Below are positions 18,726-29,635 of a stretch of DNA of 64,000 nt, in pieces. Source of the stretch: an uncultured Thermoplasmata archaeon (GTDB taxonomy: Archaea > Thermoplasmatota > Thermoplasmata > UBA10834); assembly GCA_964488505.1 (NCBI GenBank), contig CAZAUI010000002.1:71419-135418 (forward strand), written 5' to 3'. The stretch's first letter is position 1, and every line of letters begins with the position of its first letter. A program made the position numbers and the translations under genes. The notes beneath the pieces are model-generated. The model did not search any database. It had not been told where the DNA came from and saw only the letters and a program-made list of their open reading frames with translations.

Positions 18726-19688
18726 CTAACGTGTCGTCGTATGTAACCGCCTTAGATTGCGGGGGGCGAGTTTCTTGAATGCACTCCTAACTAGACCATC
18801 CTCACTCGTCAACACTAATCCGAAGTCCAGAATGGACTCCAAATCGAAGGGAGACAAACAGAGTTCTCTGCACGCGAGTTGCAGGCCAGTTAGTCGCTCA
18901 TCGAGACATGAGTGGGCAACGGCAGCCCTGCCAATTGTCCTAGCTCTCGCCTTTCTTGTTACCCGATTCCCGTAAACCGTGATAAAGTATCGGCTAGCCT
19001 CCACAGTATCCCTACACCAACCAGGTCTGTCAGAAAATATGGTGTTACTCCTGTGGAGTCGATACTTCGTCAACGGTTGGCTAATGAATGCGAACTCGTA
19101 ATGACCTGCGAGATCCACAAAGAACTTATGATCATTCAGATATCTGAGATTCTCATCAAAACGGACTCTTCCTGCTATCTCCCGCCTGAGAATTGCGCTC
19201 GAGGGGAGAATAAAGTTGCCCAGTAGCAGTTCCTCGAGAAGCCTCCCGCTCTTCTTCTTCGTCATCGCTCCGAACTTCACCGTGAAGTATTCGTTTCGGG
19301 AGCAACCGTTCTCATCAATAATCTCTCCCTCGGACCACACAACCAAATCCTCGTTAGATTCCATCAGTCGAAGTTGTCTCTCAATTTTGTCCTCAGTCCA
19401 CATATCGTCAGATGCCAAGAAGGCGACATAGGTCCCACTTCCGAGGTCAATACCTTGATTCAGAGTAGCCGCTATACCCATGTTCTTATCATGAAAAATG
19501 GCTCTTATCCTGGAATCGCTTCTTTGCATCCTTTCGATAACCAATCGCGAACCGTCACTGGAGCAGTCATCAAGAACGATGACCTCGAGATCATCGTAGC
19601 TCTGGTCGAGGGCGCTAGATATCGCAGATGCGATGAACTGCTCATGGTTGAATGATGGAATGACCACAGTGACTTCTGGCATACTCAA
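18726..19688 (-). CDS. Family-2 glycosyltransferase
   Basis: VTVVIPSFNHEQFIASAISSALDQSYDDLEVIVLDDCSSDGS...ASDDMW - GT2 DXD/DD motifs. Confidence 0.85.
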   Translation of the reverse strand: MSMPEVTVVIPSFNHEQFIASAISSALDQSYDDLEVIVLDDCSSDGSRLVIERMQRSDSRIRAIFHDKNMGIAATLNQGIDLGSGTYVAFLASDDMWTEDKIERQLRLMESNEDLVVWSEGEIIDENGCSRNEYFTVKFGAMTKKKSGRLLEELLLGNFILPSSAILRREIAGRVRFDENLRYLNDHKFFVDLAGHYEFAFISQPLTKYRLHRSNTIFSDRPGWCRDTVEASRYFITVYGNRVTRKARARTIGRAAVAHSCLDERLTGLQLACRELCLSPFDLESILDFGLVLTSEDGLVRSAFKKLAPRNLRRLHTTTR

Positions 19689-20057
19689 TTGCCGAGCCTC
19701 ATCGTGCTATTTGAATCAATCGTAGACCCTGCTCAGTAGGAACCCCTGATATTCGACATGACGGAAAGATAGTGACTTAGGCAAGGAATGGCCCTTCCCT
19801 GGAACGGAGATTCTTCACACGGAGTTGGCACGGTTCCAGGAGGAGATGGCCCTGTGCGCGGGATGGAAAAAGGGGAACTAGCACAAACTGGTTTGCATCG
19901 CAAAGCGACAGTTGAGAGCCCTGAGGAGAATCCGTCGATGGATGTCGCGCGTACGGGGCGGTACAGACGTTGACATTGTCATCCATGCTGATACGAGAGC
20001 GGACAACATAAATCTATACCGGATGACCGCCCATATCATAGTCTCAATCGGGATACA

Positions 20058-21107
20058 ATGAAATGTCTCTTCCTTCCGAATTTCCAAGTGCGCAGGTTGC
20101 ATGATGATGACAATACAGTGCCTCCCCCCAACAAGCTCGTCGAAGGGAAGCCGTACTGGTTCTTCAAGTACGCCCCAGATTGGCAGATTGAAATACTTGA
20201 CAACGCACATGTCATTCCGTCTGGTCTCTCCCCCTTGAATGGCAAGATAGAGGTCATTCAGGGTTTGAAAGCGCTCTTACGGAGTCGCGACTTTGACTTC
20301 ATACTGACTCACAGCTACAATAGCGGTTTCATACTCTCGTTGATGAGATCACTCACTGTTTTGGACTCTCCCCCTCTCTTTGTGATTGACATCGGCAGTC
20401 TCAATGGCGGGAGACAAAGACGAATTGAGGTCTTGGCGATTAAGCAGGCACTCAAATCCGTGGCAGGTGTAATTTACCACTCGAGCATCAACGAGAAGTT
20501 CTATGAGCGCAATTTCCCCCTGCTACGGCGCGAATTCATTCACTTCGGGACAGATTTGCAGTTCTTCAAGCCCTTGCCTAGAAATCCGACTCTTGATTTT
20601 GCCCTCAGCATTGGTAGAGCGCATAGAGACTACCCAACCCTGACAAAGGCGTGGGAAACTGTGGACTTCCCCCTCAAGATAGTGGGATTATCAGATAGCA
20701 TGGACTATCGAGCGACGAGAAACGTTGATATTGTTCCAGAAGTCACGATACTACAGCTTCGCGAACTCATCCATGATGCGAAGCTGGTTGTTCTCCCTAT
20801 CGCAGATAAAAATTACTCAGTTGGCCAGATGACGCTCACACAATGCATGGCCATGAAGAAGCCCATCATTGTGACCAACGTCCCTGGAGTTGCAGACTAC
20901 ATCGTGCCTAATCGGAATTGCCTAGCCACGGATTACGGCAGCGCAAAGGACATAACACTGGCCGTGAGAGACTTGCTGGACAATGATCATCTCAGCGCAC
21001 GAATGTCTGCAGCAGCACGGGAAGATGCTGTAAGGTTCTTTGACGAACGAGATATGGCATTGAGAATCCACGACTTCATCGATTCGGCAATGTCTGATTC
21101 AACCTAG
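20058..21107 (+). CDS. GT-B fold glycosyltransferase (GT4-like)
   Basis: C-terminal ...KLVVLPIADKNYSVGQMTLTQCMAMKKPIIVTNVPGVADYIV... matches the GT4 E-x7-E region. Confidence 0.7.
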   Translation: MKCLFLPNFQVRRLHDDDNTVPPPNKLVEGKPYWFFKYAPDWQIEILDNAHVIPSGLSPLNGKIEVIQGLKALLRSRDFDFILTHSYNSGFILSLMRSLTVLDSPPLFVIDIGSLNGGRQRRIEVLAIKQALKSVAGVIYHSSINEKFYERNFPLLRREFIHFGTDLQFFKPLPRNPTLDFALSIGRAHRDYPTLTKAWETVDFPLKIVGLSDSMDYRATRNVDIVPEVTILQLRELIHDAKLVVLPIADKNYSVGQMTLTQCMAMKKPIIVTNVPGVADYIVPNRNCLATDYGSAKDITLAVRDLLDNDHLSARMSAAAREDAVRFFDERDMALRIHDFIDSAMSDST

Positions 21108-21634
21108 AATACAGAACCCGCACCTATTCGGTCCATTGCCGATGCATCCTGACACGGACCTGATTTCCCGAAGATTGCGATATCGTCATGTGACGCGACT
21201 CTGACACCTTGCTCTGGAGGGGGCTGACAGTCCGTATCCTGATAGTGGGGACCACTGATCTGTGGGCAATCACGGAGTGCTCATCGACATGTTAGGTTTC
21301 TTGTCAGCCCTGAGCACCCCTAATATAGTCTCAGAAGAACTGTGAGCTCTGTCTCCACTCCGCACCCTTAGAGATGGGCGTGACGTTGTGCAGGTGCACG
21401 ATCGAGGCGTCGGTGCTAGATTTCTTCCTCTCGAACATCATCGAGACAATCACCTGCTTCCCTCCTACTGCCGCCGCCTGCTCCGCGAAAACGCGCTCAG
21501 GGGGACTCAGCGGTATCTTCAAAGTCGCCCCACTCTTCCATCTTCGCATGACTTCGCTTCTTAGATGGTTTCTACACGGCAATACATGGAAAAGGTTGAT
21601 AGACAGCGTGCGCATTGTGAGTGTCCGGAGTCAT

Positions 21635-22852
21635 ATGGAGAGCCTTAGGTTCCTGATGGTATCGACCCATTATCCTCCGGCCCATCTTGGAGGAGATGCT
21701 AGATTCGTCGAGTACCTGTCAAATGAGCTCGTGCGCGCGGGCCACGAAGTACATGTTCTGCACAGTCCAAGCGCCTTCATCTTGCAGAGGGGTTTCTTAC
21801 CAGACCTCGACAAAGTCACGCGGGCTGGCGTTCATAGAAACATCTATCAGTCAGCGGTCGGACGGGCGGACCCAGTTCTCAGCCTGATGTTCGGCCAAAG
21901 CCTAGGTGCCGTTGACAGGTTGCGCGGAATATTTCGTGAGTTGAAGCCCGACGTGATTCATTGGCACAACACGAAGGGTTTCATAGGCCGACCTGTTGCC
22001 ATGCCAAATGCGCTCTCTCTCTACACAGCCCACGATTACTATGCAGTGTGTCCGAAAGCAAGTCTGCTGAGGCCCGGCCAGAAACTATGTCAGGACCCGT
22101 TCTTGTGTCAACTGTGTCTACTCCGGTGGGGCCGGCCTCCACAGCCGTGGAGAGCGCTCCGCAGGAGGGTAATGAGACTAAATGGTAGATTCACGGTGAT
22201 ATCGCCGAGCAGATTCCTAGCAGAACGTCTGTCAAAGGATGGTATCGCGGTGGATTACGTCCTGAGGAACTTCGCACCTGATAGGGGTCTGATATCTTCG
22301 AGAAGTAGCGCAAACAGGATAGTCTACATCGGTGCTCTTGAGCGATACAAGGGACTTGTGACTCTGTTCAAGGCCTTCGCCCGATGCAAAGATTCGCAAG
22401 GATTCGATCTGTCGGTGTTCGGCGAAGGATCTCTGCGGTCAGAGCTTGAACGCAGAAGAACGTCCCTAGGAATTGAGAGGAGAGTGCAAATTCATGGTTT
22501 CGTCCCTCTGGATGAAGCAGGAGAAACCCTTCGTGAGGCGGCAGCCATCGTTGTTCCTTCGGAATCCTACGAGAATGCCCCTTTGATTGTCCTCGAAGCC
22601 ATGTCTATGGGTATTCCCGTTATTGGGTCCAGGATAGGGGGTCTTCCTGAGATACTAGGGCCGGAGAGCGGGTCCACTCTCGTCCCGTCTGGCAACTCAG
22701 TTCGCCTGGGTGAGGAGATAGTCAGCCTTTGGAACCAAAGAATGAATCTCTCGGAGCGTTCAGCGAAGGCGAGGGCAGCATACGAACTTCTGTATTCGCC
22801 AGAAGTCCACCTCAAGGAATACACAAGGATTCTGCGCGAACGTATTGCATGA
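21635..22852 (+). CDS. Family-4 (GT-B) glycosyltransferase
   Basis: MESLRFLMVSTHYPPAHLGGDARFVEYL... and ...VVPSESYENAPLIVLEAMSMGIPVIGSRIGGLPEIL. ATG at 21635; the ORF-track upstream extension is non-coding-looking. Confidence 0.8.
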   Translation: MESLRFLMVSTHYPPAHLGGDARFVEYLSNELVRAGHEVHVLHSPSAFILQRGFLPDLDKVTRAGVHRNIYQSAVGRADPVLSLMFGQSLGAVDRLRGIFRELKPDVIHWHNTKGFIGRPVAMPNALSLYTAHDYYAVCPKASLLRPGQKLCQDPFLCQLCLLRWGRPPQPWRALRRRVMRLNGRFTVISPSRFLAERLSKDGIAVDYVLRNFAPDRGLISSRSSANRIVYIGALERYKGLVTLFKAFARCKDSQGFDLSVFGEGSLRSELERRRTSLGIERRVQIHGFVPLDEAGETLREAAAIVVPSESYENAPLIVLEAMSMGIPVIGSRIGGLPEILGPESGSTLVPSGNSVRLGEEIVSLWNQRMNLSERSAKARAAYELLYSPEVHLKEYTRILRERIA

Positions 22853-23130
22853 CTATGTACACATTCGTACTCGCCAGCGTCAAATGCCCAGAGCTATGGT
22901 GCCGACCAGAGACGGGGTATCAGGCTGCCATCTTCTCCACGATGCACTTTCATCATTGCGGGTATGGTCGAAATGAGTGCACTTGTGTGCCGTCCGCCCA
23001 GTGTGAACTCACAAGAGAGTATAATGAGAGCGCCGATTACGACTCCTGGGAAGCATCAATGAAGCGACGCGCTCAATCGTGATTAGCACGAAAATGAGCC
23101 AGTCGGATGCAGGGGAGATGGCTAAGCTTC

Positions 23131-24783
23131 TCAGTTGGCCAGTGAGATATAGCGGTTGCTTGTGAAGATGTAGAGTCTGTCGTCTGCCGGTCCCCCCATA
23201 TAGACAACGTTGCTTCTATCGAGCGCTAGTTCCATCGTTTGTTCGTCAATAAACACGAGCCCGCTTGGGAAGACGTTCACTCCTGTCACAATCCAGTTAT
23301 CCTCAGCCATGTAATAGAATTGAGGCAGCAGGGCTCCGCCGAATATCATGTCATTTGGAAGATGGGAGCTTTTCTCAATCCACATCGTGCTTCGCGCCAT
23401 GAATGACAGTCGTTCGTCCGAAACAAGGCTAGGGTTATCTGAGTGTTCCGATAGCCAATGCATCGAATCAATCTCATATGCTTGCGAGTCATGTCTGACT
23501 CCCAGGAGCTCGGCCGTGAAGAACCCGAACGGGAAAACGGTCACGAGACATATCGAGACCAGCACTACGATTAGTCTCGATGGTTTGGGTCTTTTCGCTC
23601 TAAAATCTGTTATTGCCACTGCGATGCCTATGAAAATGAAAAACTGCAGGAAATCAAAGGTCCGATAGACCGTCTGGAGTCCTATCACAGCACTTCCGGT
23701 GCTGACGCCAAATAGCATGATTGTCAGGGGTGCAACAATAATACTCAGGTGTAAAGCCATGAACCGGCGCCTATGCTCTACGATGACTTCGGTCCCATAC
23801 CATGCAACGGTCACAAGAACTGCCATTGAAATTATTAGACTGATGTAGATGGCGGGGGCTGACGCCCTGTAATGGAACACGAGCCCGAAGTAGTCGAACA
23901 GCAGAATCACTGCGAGAGCTATTCCGATTATCGGCGCGAAACTGACCTTCTGATGCTTTCGCATCCTCATAGCCAAGTAGGCGGTCGTGCTAAGCAACAG
24001 GAATATGCAGATGAATGTAATGATTCTGAATTCCGATTCATAGATGTCCTGACGATCAATAAGGGCAACTGAGTAGTACAACGACGCGGTGATTCCCGGC
24101 ACGCCCACAGTCAGTGTATCCCACCAGAGTCTCTTTGTCACATTCCGTTGTGACAGGGCAACTATCCAGCTCCAAATCATCATGAACGCAAACGAGACCA
24201 AAACTGCAACTGCAGCCAGGTGGTGGGTGAACGGTAACAGACACAGGATGCCAAAGGTTAGCAGTCTGTAGTGTAGGTGGTTTCTGTTTATGAATGCGAA
24301 GTACAGAAACGCAATCAAAGCGAAGCCCAGAGACATTTTCCAGGCCGAGCCTGTCGTGAATACGAAGGTGCCGCTAAGGAGGGCCACCGTGGATGCGATG
24401 ACGCCTCCAGTCACTGTACCAGAGAAGACTCTTCCAAGAAGAAACACAGCGCCGACCGTAAGCACAGATAGCACCGCAGTGACGATTTGGGCGCAGACTA
24501 TCGGAGTGGTTCCAAGAACCAGGGCGACGTACGCAAACAAGACGTTCAAAGCCGGCGTGTCTACACTGTGCGTTCCGTCCCATGGTGAACCCGGTGAGTA
24601 CTCGAGACCGCCGTAGAGGATGATTTCCGATGCAATTCCACATTCCATCAGAGAGTCATTGTTGAAAGGATACTGACTGAAAGCAAGTGGCGTTAGGCGT
24701 GTAGCGAAAGCCGAGAAGCAGACGATTGCGAACGGAATTGGGGCTAGAAGACACCGAGATCCGAGCCACGACAGTAGTTTCAC
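23131..24783 (-). CDS. Polytopic membrane protein (about 11 TM plus about 150-aa extracytoplasmic C-terminal domain); GT-C-like glycosyltransferase or oligosaccharide polymerase candidate
   Basis: Hydropathy read from the translation. No WWDYG (AglB) motif. N-terminal ...GGLEYSPGSPWDGTHSVDTPALNVLFAYVAL... is paralogous in layout to the next gene. Confidence 0.65.
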   Translation of the reverse strand: MKLLSWLGSRCLLAPIPFAIVCFSAFATRLTPLAFSQYPFNNDSLMECGIASEIILYGGLEYSPGSPWDGTHSVDTPALNVLFAYVALVLGTTPIVCAQIVTAVLSVLTVGAVFLLGRVFSGTVTGGVIASTVALLSGTFVFTTGSAWKMSLGFALIAFLYFAFINRNHLHYRLLTFGILCLLPFTHHLAAVAVLVSFAFMMIWSWIVALSQRNVTKRLWWDTLTVGVPGITASLYYSVALIDRQDIYESEFRIITFICIFLLLSTTAYLAMRMRKHQKVSFAPIIGIALAVILLFDYFGLVFHYRASAPAIYISLIISMAVLVTVAWYGTEVIVEHRRRFMALHLSIIVAPLTIMLFGVSTGSAVIGLQTVYRTFDFLQFFIFIGIAVAITDFRAKRPKPSRLIVVLVSICLVTVFPFGFFTAELLGVRHDSQAYEIDSMHWLSEHSDNPSLVSDERLSFMARSTMWIEKSSHLPNDMIFGGALLPQFYYMAEDNWIVTGVNVFPSGLVFIDEQTMELALDRSNVVYMGGPADDRLYIFTSNRYISLAN

Positions 24784-24846
24784 GGGTTCGCACCCCTCAG
24801 GGGCTTCTCCGATTGACTGTGCACGTTGAGCGGCAGTCCATGAGAT

Positions 24847-26592
24847 TCAATACTCATATTCGTTCGCCACTTCAGCAATATAGAGTGTTATTCGTTCACT
24901 AACATATATCGAGTAACTCTGCAACGGATATGTCTCAGTCCCGTCACCCCATTGAGCGGCTCTGAGTTCTGAAGGAAGTTTCGCAGACAAGATTTCCGTG
25001 GCCCAGACGTAGTCCATCTCCCAGTTGTTATCTATCACGACCAGCAATTTGGAGTGGGTCTCGTAGTAATCTCGTTCTAGGGTCCACCTGTCGTCCACTC
25101 CGGCCGAGAACCGGTTTCCCTGAACCATTAACAGCACCACGTACGAGCTAACAGTATCCTCATCTTCGAACTCGAACCATCTGTAGAGATTGTATGGGAA
25201 CTCTTGACTGTTCGCCGATATGTTACCTTCTAAGGACTCTGGAGTAACATCTCCCGAGAGAGCCGAGGGCGTGCCCGATTTCAGGAACAAGACTCCTGAC
25301 GCACCAGCAAGTCTCGTTGACACGACATCGGCATTTGAGATGGCCGAGGCGCGGTCTCCGAAAGAACGGAGGTATGCGGCGTCCGTGAAGAGTTGCATAT
25401 CAGATGCGACAAGGTCACCGGAAGTCTCCTGGACTTCGTTCCACCTCTGAGAGGACAATGCAGGGAGAACAAGTGATGCACAGACAAGCAGTGCCAGCCC
25501 ACCAAACACGACTCGTCGTCCTCTTCCCCGCTTGAGCGCAACTCCAAACAAAGCTGCTCCGATGACTGCCACAAACGGAGATAGTACCATTGTGATGTAC
25601 TCGGCACTAGGAAGGAGGGGTACGAATGATATCACGAGCAACACGGGGAAGAGAGAGGCCGTCGTAAGCCTTATCCTACTGAAGTAGAACGGCAAACCAA
25701 AGGCTGCAATCGGTAGTACGAACCCTATCTGATTCGTGTAGCTTGCGGCCATGTTCAGGAGTGCGGACAAGTATACTGGCTCGAAAGAGAAGAGAGAGGT
25801 AGAGGCATAGGTTCGGGTCAATACGGCCCCGTAGTTGCCCAGGTAGACCCCTGCCCCGACAAAGGCTGTCATTCCCAGAAGTGTCACGGTCAACCCTGCC
25901 AACCAACCCCTTCTCTTCATCAGAGGGATTTTTGACCCAAACTGGTGAGTTGCCCGCACAATGGAGGTACTGAGAATGTAGGCAACGACGAAAAGAACGA
26001 ATAGAACGGTCATGTGGTGCAGCGCGAAACATCCTATCACAACGGTCGCAAGCATAGCGGCAAATGTACGTCCGCGATAGGATCCAGTTCCTGCAGCGAT
26101 GAAGACAGCCAACACCGCCATGGCGACGAAAGGCGCCCTGGCGCTACTGCTCCAATAGGACGTGTCTATGAATCTGGGGGCTAGAGTGGCCAGTACGGTC
26201 GCAAGAAGGACCAGGTCAATTCGCCTGAGCAGAATTCTAGACAGACAGAATGCAGACAGCGCAAAAAGCATCCCACATGACATACTGAGAGTCAGTATGG
26301 CCACGCTCAAATTGACCCCGGACATCTCCGATATCTCAGCGAGCAGGAAAGAGGTACCAGATGGATACGAGGCGGGATAGTACCCGATATATGACAGAGG
26401 GTGGAAAGTCCACACTGCGTAGTCGTTCTCGAGTATAGAATTCGCGAGCATTCGATTGACGAAAGTATCGTTGTGCCGCTCATGCTCGACAAGAGGGTAT
26501 CTCAGAGTCAGAGAAATCAGCACTATCAGGAATACAACTAGCAGAACTGTCTTCTTCTTGAAATGTGCCACGTGCAGTGCTCCTTTGTGCAC
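24847..26592 (-). CDS. Polytopic membrane protein paralogous in architecture to 23131..24783 (GT-C-like / polymerase candidate)
   Basis: ...TFHPLSYIGYYPASYPSGTSFLLAEISEMSG... followed by more than 10 TM segments and a C-terminal soluble domain. Confidence 0.65.
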   Translation of the reverse strand: MHKGALHVAHFKKKTVLLVVFLIVLISLTLRYPLVEHERHNDTFVNRMLANSILENDYAVWTFHPLSYIGYYPASYPSGTSFLLAEISEMSGVNLSVAILTLSMSCGMLFALSAFCLSRILLRRIDLVLLATVLATLAPRFIDTSYWSSSARAPFVAMAVLAVFIAAGTGSYRGRTFAAMLATVVIGCFALHHMTVLFVLFVVAYILSTSIVRATHQFGSKIPLMKRRGWLAGLTVTLLGMTAFVGAGVYLGNYGAVLTRTYASTSLFSFEPVYLSALLNMAASYTNQIGFVLPIAAFGLPFYFSRIRLTTASLFPVLLVISFVPLLPSAEYITMVLSPFVAVIGAALFGVALKRGRGRRVVFGGLALLVCASLVLPALSSQRWNEVQETSGDLVASDMQLFTDAAYLRSFGDRASAISNADVVSTRLAGASGVLFLKSGTPSALSGDVTPESLEGNISANSQEFPYNLYRWFEFEDEDTVSSYVVLLMVQGNRFSAGVDDRWTLERDYYETHSKLLVVIDNNWEMDYVWATEILSAKLPSELRAAQWGDGTETYPLQSYSIYVSERITLYIAEVANEYEY

Positions 26593-26731
26593 TCATTCAG
26601 TAATGAATTAGCCAATATATACATGACGCTTACCCATTAGTGTGCGACTCGTCCTCGAGTTCATTGTACTGGGTGCCGGCGTATTCTTCACAACCCGGAG
26701 GATTGGCGTTCCTGTATCTGATGGCCCCTCC

Positions 26732-27733
26732 TTATGGGGCGCGCGTCTTCCGATCGGCATACCTAACCACTGCATACCAGAAGGCCGAAGACCACCCCAG
26801 GAACACTATCCATCCCACGTTGTCGTGCGCCCAAAGTAGGGCATCCATGCCGTAATAGAAGCCTACAACGCCAATTACTACCATTCGAAATAAGTTCCCC
26901 AGATAGGCAATTAAGAGGCCAAGGGACAGGACCAAGGCCATAACTCCGAGTGGAAGCCTCTCGAGAACCAATACGAAGGAGAAGAATGCTGACACGAATA
27001 TGCTGAATGAGTACAGTCCTGCGCAAGCTGCTGAGATTTGAACCAAGTGAGTTGTCCCATCATTGAATGTGATGCTGACTATCTCGGCATATGCACTCGC
27101 GTCTATACCAATTAGATTCAGAATGGATGCAAATGGAGCCGCAAGCATGTAGTGAACGTACCAGTTACCCCCTGGATAGGAATTACTGAATGAAAGTGCG
27201 GCCTGAGGTATCACCAGGATTATCACGACGAAAGTTGCGAAAAAAAGCGCAAAACAGGTCTCAGCTCTGAACCGCTTCGAGGTGAATGGGTAAGCCACCA
27301 ACAAACTCCCTAGAACGATTGACAGCAGGTCTAGATCGCCGATATCCGGTCGACTCGACAGGTACTTGTTGTACAGTAGCACGCCTACGACAATCCCAAT
27401 TCCCTGAACCACCACAGCATAAGTGCCTCCAGTCTTTCTGACGAGAAGGTCTATGAGCCAAATTCCGAATGTCTCTTCGCGGGCCTTTGCCACATCATCT
27501 GCAGGGGTGTGCCTTACCAACTTCAGCCTAGGTGGGAAGACCACCAGGATGAAGACTCCTAGCGCCATTGACAATCCACCTACTGCTGGACCAAAGTGCG
27601 ATGACAGAAGTGCAATCGAAACGCCCTGGACGAGTAGAATTACGGCTACTATCTGAATTATCTTGCGTATCGAGGATCCTTCCGGAGCAAGAGTTTGTGA
27701 TGCATTTAGGAGCCTCTGCCAGCTCATCATCAT
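26732..27733 (-). CDS. Archaeosortase/exosortase (EpsH) family membrane protein
   Basis: About 8 TM, 333 aa. Candidate catalytic Cys in ISAACAGLYSFS, an Arg about 44 aa later in YLGNLFRMVV (N-x-x-R), and a second Arg about 50 aa further on (VVRYADRK). This spacing is that of the Cys/Arg/Arg triad of ArtA/exosortases, recalled and not aligned. Confidence 0.5.
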   Translation of the reverse strand: MMMSWQRLLNASQTLAPEGSSIRKIIQIVAVILLVQGVSIALLSSHFGPAVGGLSMALGVFILVVFPPRLKLVRHTPADDVAKAREETFGIWLIDLLVRKTGGTYAVVVQGIGIVVGVLLYNKYLSSRPDIGDLDLLSIVLGSLLVAYPFTSKRFRAETCFALFFATFVVIILVIPQAALSFSNSYPGGNWYVHYMLAAPFASILNLIGIDASAYAEIVSITFNDGTTHLVQISAACAGLYSFSIFVSAFFSFVLVLERLPLGVMALVLSLGLLIAYLGNLFRMVVIGVVGFYYGMDALLWAHDNVGWIVFLGWSSAFWYAVVRYADRKTRAP

Positions 27734-28381
27734 CCACTGCGCATATCTGCTGCGTACGGATATAGTTGTTCACATCTCAATCGAAAGGAAAGATGATATC
27801 GCCATCCAGTGTACGCCTATCGAGTACAGCGATTGTTATTCCTGCACAATCAGACTTGGGCGACCCTCATCTCACCTATCGTGATTGTGAGAACTGCCGG
27901 TCATCCAAATCTGACGTGACTAGGGGGCTACAGTAAACAGCCTAGTGAGTCCTCAATCGTGAGGAATACAGGCCTTCATAGTATCAAGTCCTTGTTCCAT
28001 TCTCCACAACCCTACGATTGGTGGGAAGAACGATTCGTTCAATTAAGAAGTTGGCGAAGTCTGCTGGCTCTGCGAGACCTCCAAAGAAACCCTGGGGAGG
28101 GGTGCCGTCGTGAGTAGGGTACAGAGTCAATGAAACGGGGTCAAGTCGTTGTTCACATGGCCAGACGGTCTTCCGAGAATGAGGTGACTCTTTGTGACCT
28201 AGTGAGTCCCCAGTGTTTCACTATTTTGAGTCACACGGATTGGTTTGACCAGGGGCGTCTTATCTCATTGACATTTGTGCATACCGATGCCGCCTTCAAT
28301 CCGTAATCGGAGGGCATTGAATTCGATTGAAATCCTGCAGTTGGTGATTACTCTGGACAAACACGTCATGTACTACATGCC

Positions 28382-29350
28382 CTAAAGGCTGACATCAAGT
28401 ACAATTACAGAGATGCAAATCAGAGCTTCGACGAACCATACCATCATAACGAGTCTCCTCTCGGTCAGTTTCATCTTCATCATGAAGACGTGAGTCAGTG
28501 ATTCCACTCTGCCATGATATTCGAGATGGCCGTCCTCCAGAGCCGAGCAGTAGTTTTCCGCCTCGAAACTACCCCTTAGTTTGAGGAAGAACTCAATTAT
28601 CATCGGGAGAAAGACAATTGTCGTCTGAATGTACAATTGAGATATCATCCCAGAGACAGCTATGGTGGCGCCCATGAACAACATCAACACATCTCCCGGG
28701 AATATCCTCGATGGAAACTTGTTGTACCAAAGGAATGCAAGCAATCCCCCAATTAAAGGTACCAGAAGATACACACCATCAAGTCTGTCATGGTGCAATG
28801 CCAGAACTACCAATGTAGAAGACATTATGATGCCAAGACCTGCCCCGAGACCGTTGAACCCCTCAAGCATATTTCCCGCATTTGCAGCGCATGTTATCGC
28901 GAAAGGAGCGGCCAAGATCATCAACACACTGAAGTCGATGTTCCCCAAATAAGGCACGAACACGACGGGGTCAAGGGCAGCTCCCAACGGGAGCGCTAAC
29001 AGAAACGGAAAGAATGCCTTCTGTCGCTGCTGAAGTTCAAAAAGGTCGTCAATCATCCCGACGAATGCCGCTCCGAGTACGACTGCTAGTGAGACGTTCA
29101 GGAGCATTAGATCAGTGACGCCGTCGAGCGCAAGGAGCATGCTTACTCCGGCAAAGAATCCAATCACGACAGCGATTCCTCCCATCTCCGCCACCTCTGG
29201 ACGGTTCGGCTTATTGAGATCTCTTCCTACGATTCCCCGAGCCTTCATCTTAGGTATTAGCCATGGGAGGACGAGAAATGTCATTAGGAATGCGACAGCA
29301 AGTGCACCGAAGAACTCAAGCGTATCCGTCAATAGACTCAGATTCGTCAT
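28382..29350 (-). CDS. aglH: UDP-GlcNAc:dolichyl-phosphate GlcNAc-1-phosphate transferase (MraY/WecA/AglH GT4-type phosphosugar transferase)
   Basis: ...FVGMIDDLFEL... (DD-x-x-D), ...ANAGNMLEGFNGLGAGLG... - hallmark motifs of the polyprenyl-phosphate N-acetylhexosamine-1-P transferase family. 10-11 TM. Confidence 0.8.
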   Translation of the reverse strand: MTNLSLLTDTLEFFGALAVAFLMTFLVLPWLIPKMKARGIVGRDLNKPNRPEVAEMGGIAVVIGFFAGVSMLLALDGVTDLMLLNVSLAVVLGAAFVGMIDDLFELQQRQKAFFPFLLALPLGAALDPVVFVPYLGNIDFSVLMILAAPFAITCAANAGNMLEGFNGLGAGLGIIMSSTLVVLALHHDRLDGVYLLVPLIGGLLAFLWYNKFPSRIFPGDVLMLFMGATIAVSGMISQLYIQTTIVFLPMIIEFFLKLRGSFEAENYCSALEDGHLEYHGRVESLTHVFMMKMKLTERRLVMMVWFVEALICISVIVLDVSL

Positions 29351-29635
29351 AAGGGTTGAGTATAATAAGATTTCCAGCGTGCTGCTGTGTAGAAACCCTC
29401 GATTGTGAGCGGAAAGAAGGACTCCAGCCTCCACGAGTTGTATGAGATTGCGCGGAAGACGAGCTCCTTGTGCTGCTAGCTCGATATGCGAGCCAGCACT
29501 GTCGATCCCATCTTCCGCTTCTCCACTGAGAACAAGGCCTCCACCTTCTCTCTCTGATGGTAGGCGCGCTAGTCGAACTCCCCCCTCAGCCTCTGCCTGT
29601 ACCTCCCCCTCGCCCAGACCCCGATCCCCTGATTC

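Noticed and set aside
21331-21615. 94-aa - strand ORF upstream of the GT4 gene
   Set aside because: Sits in the promoter region of the GT4 gene, has no start context or homology; treated as non-coding.
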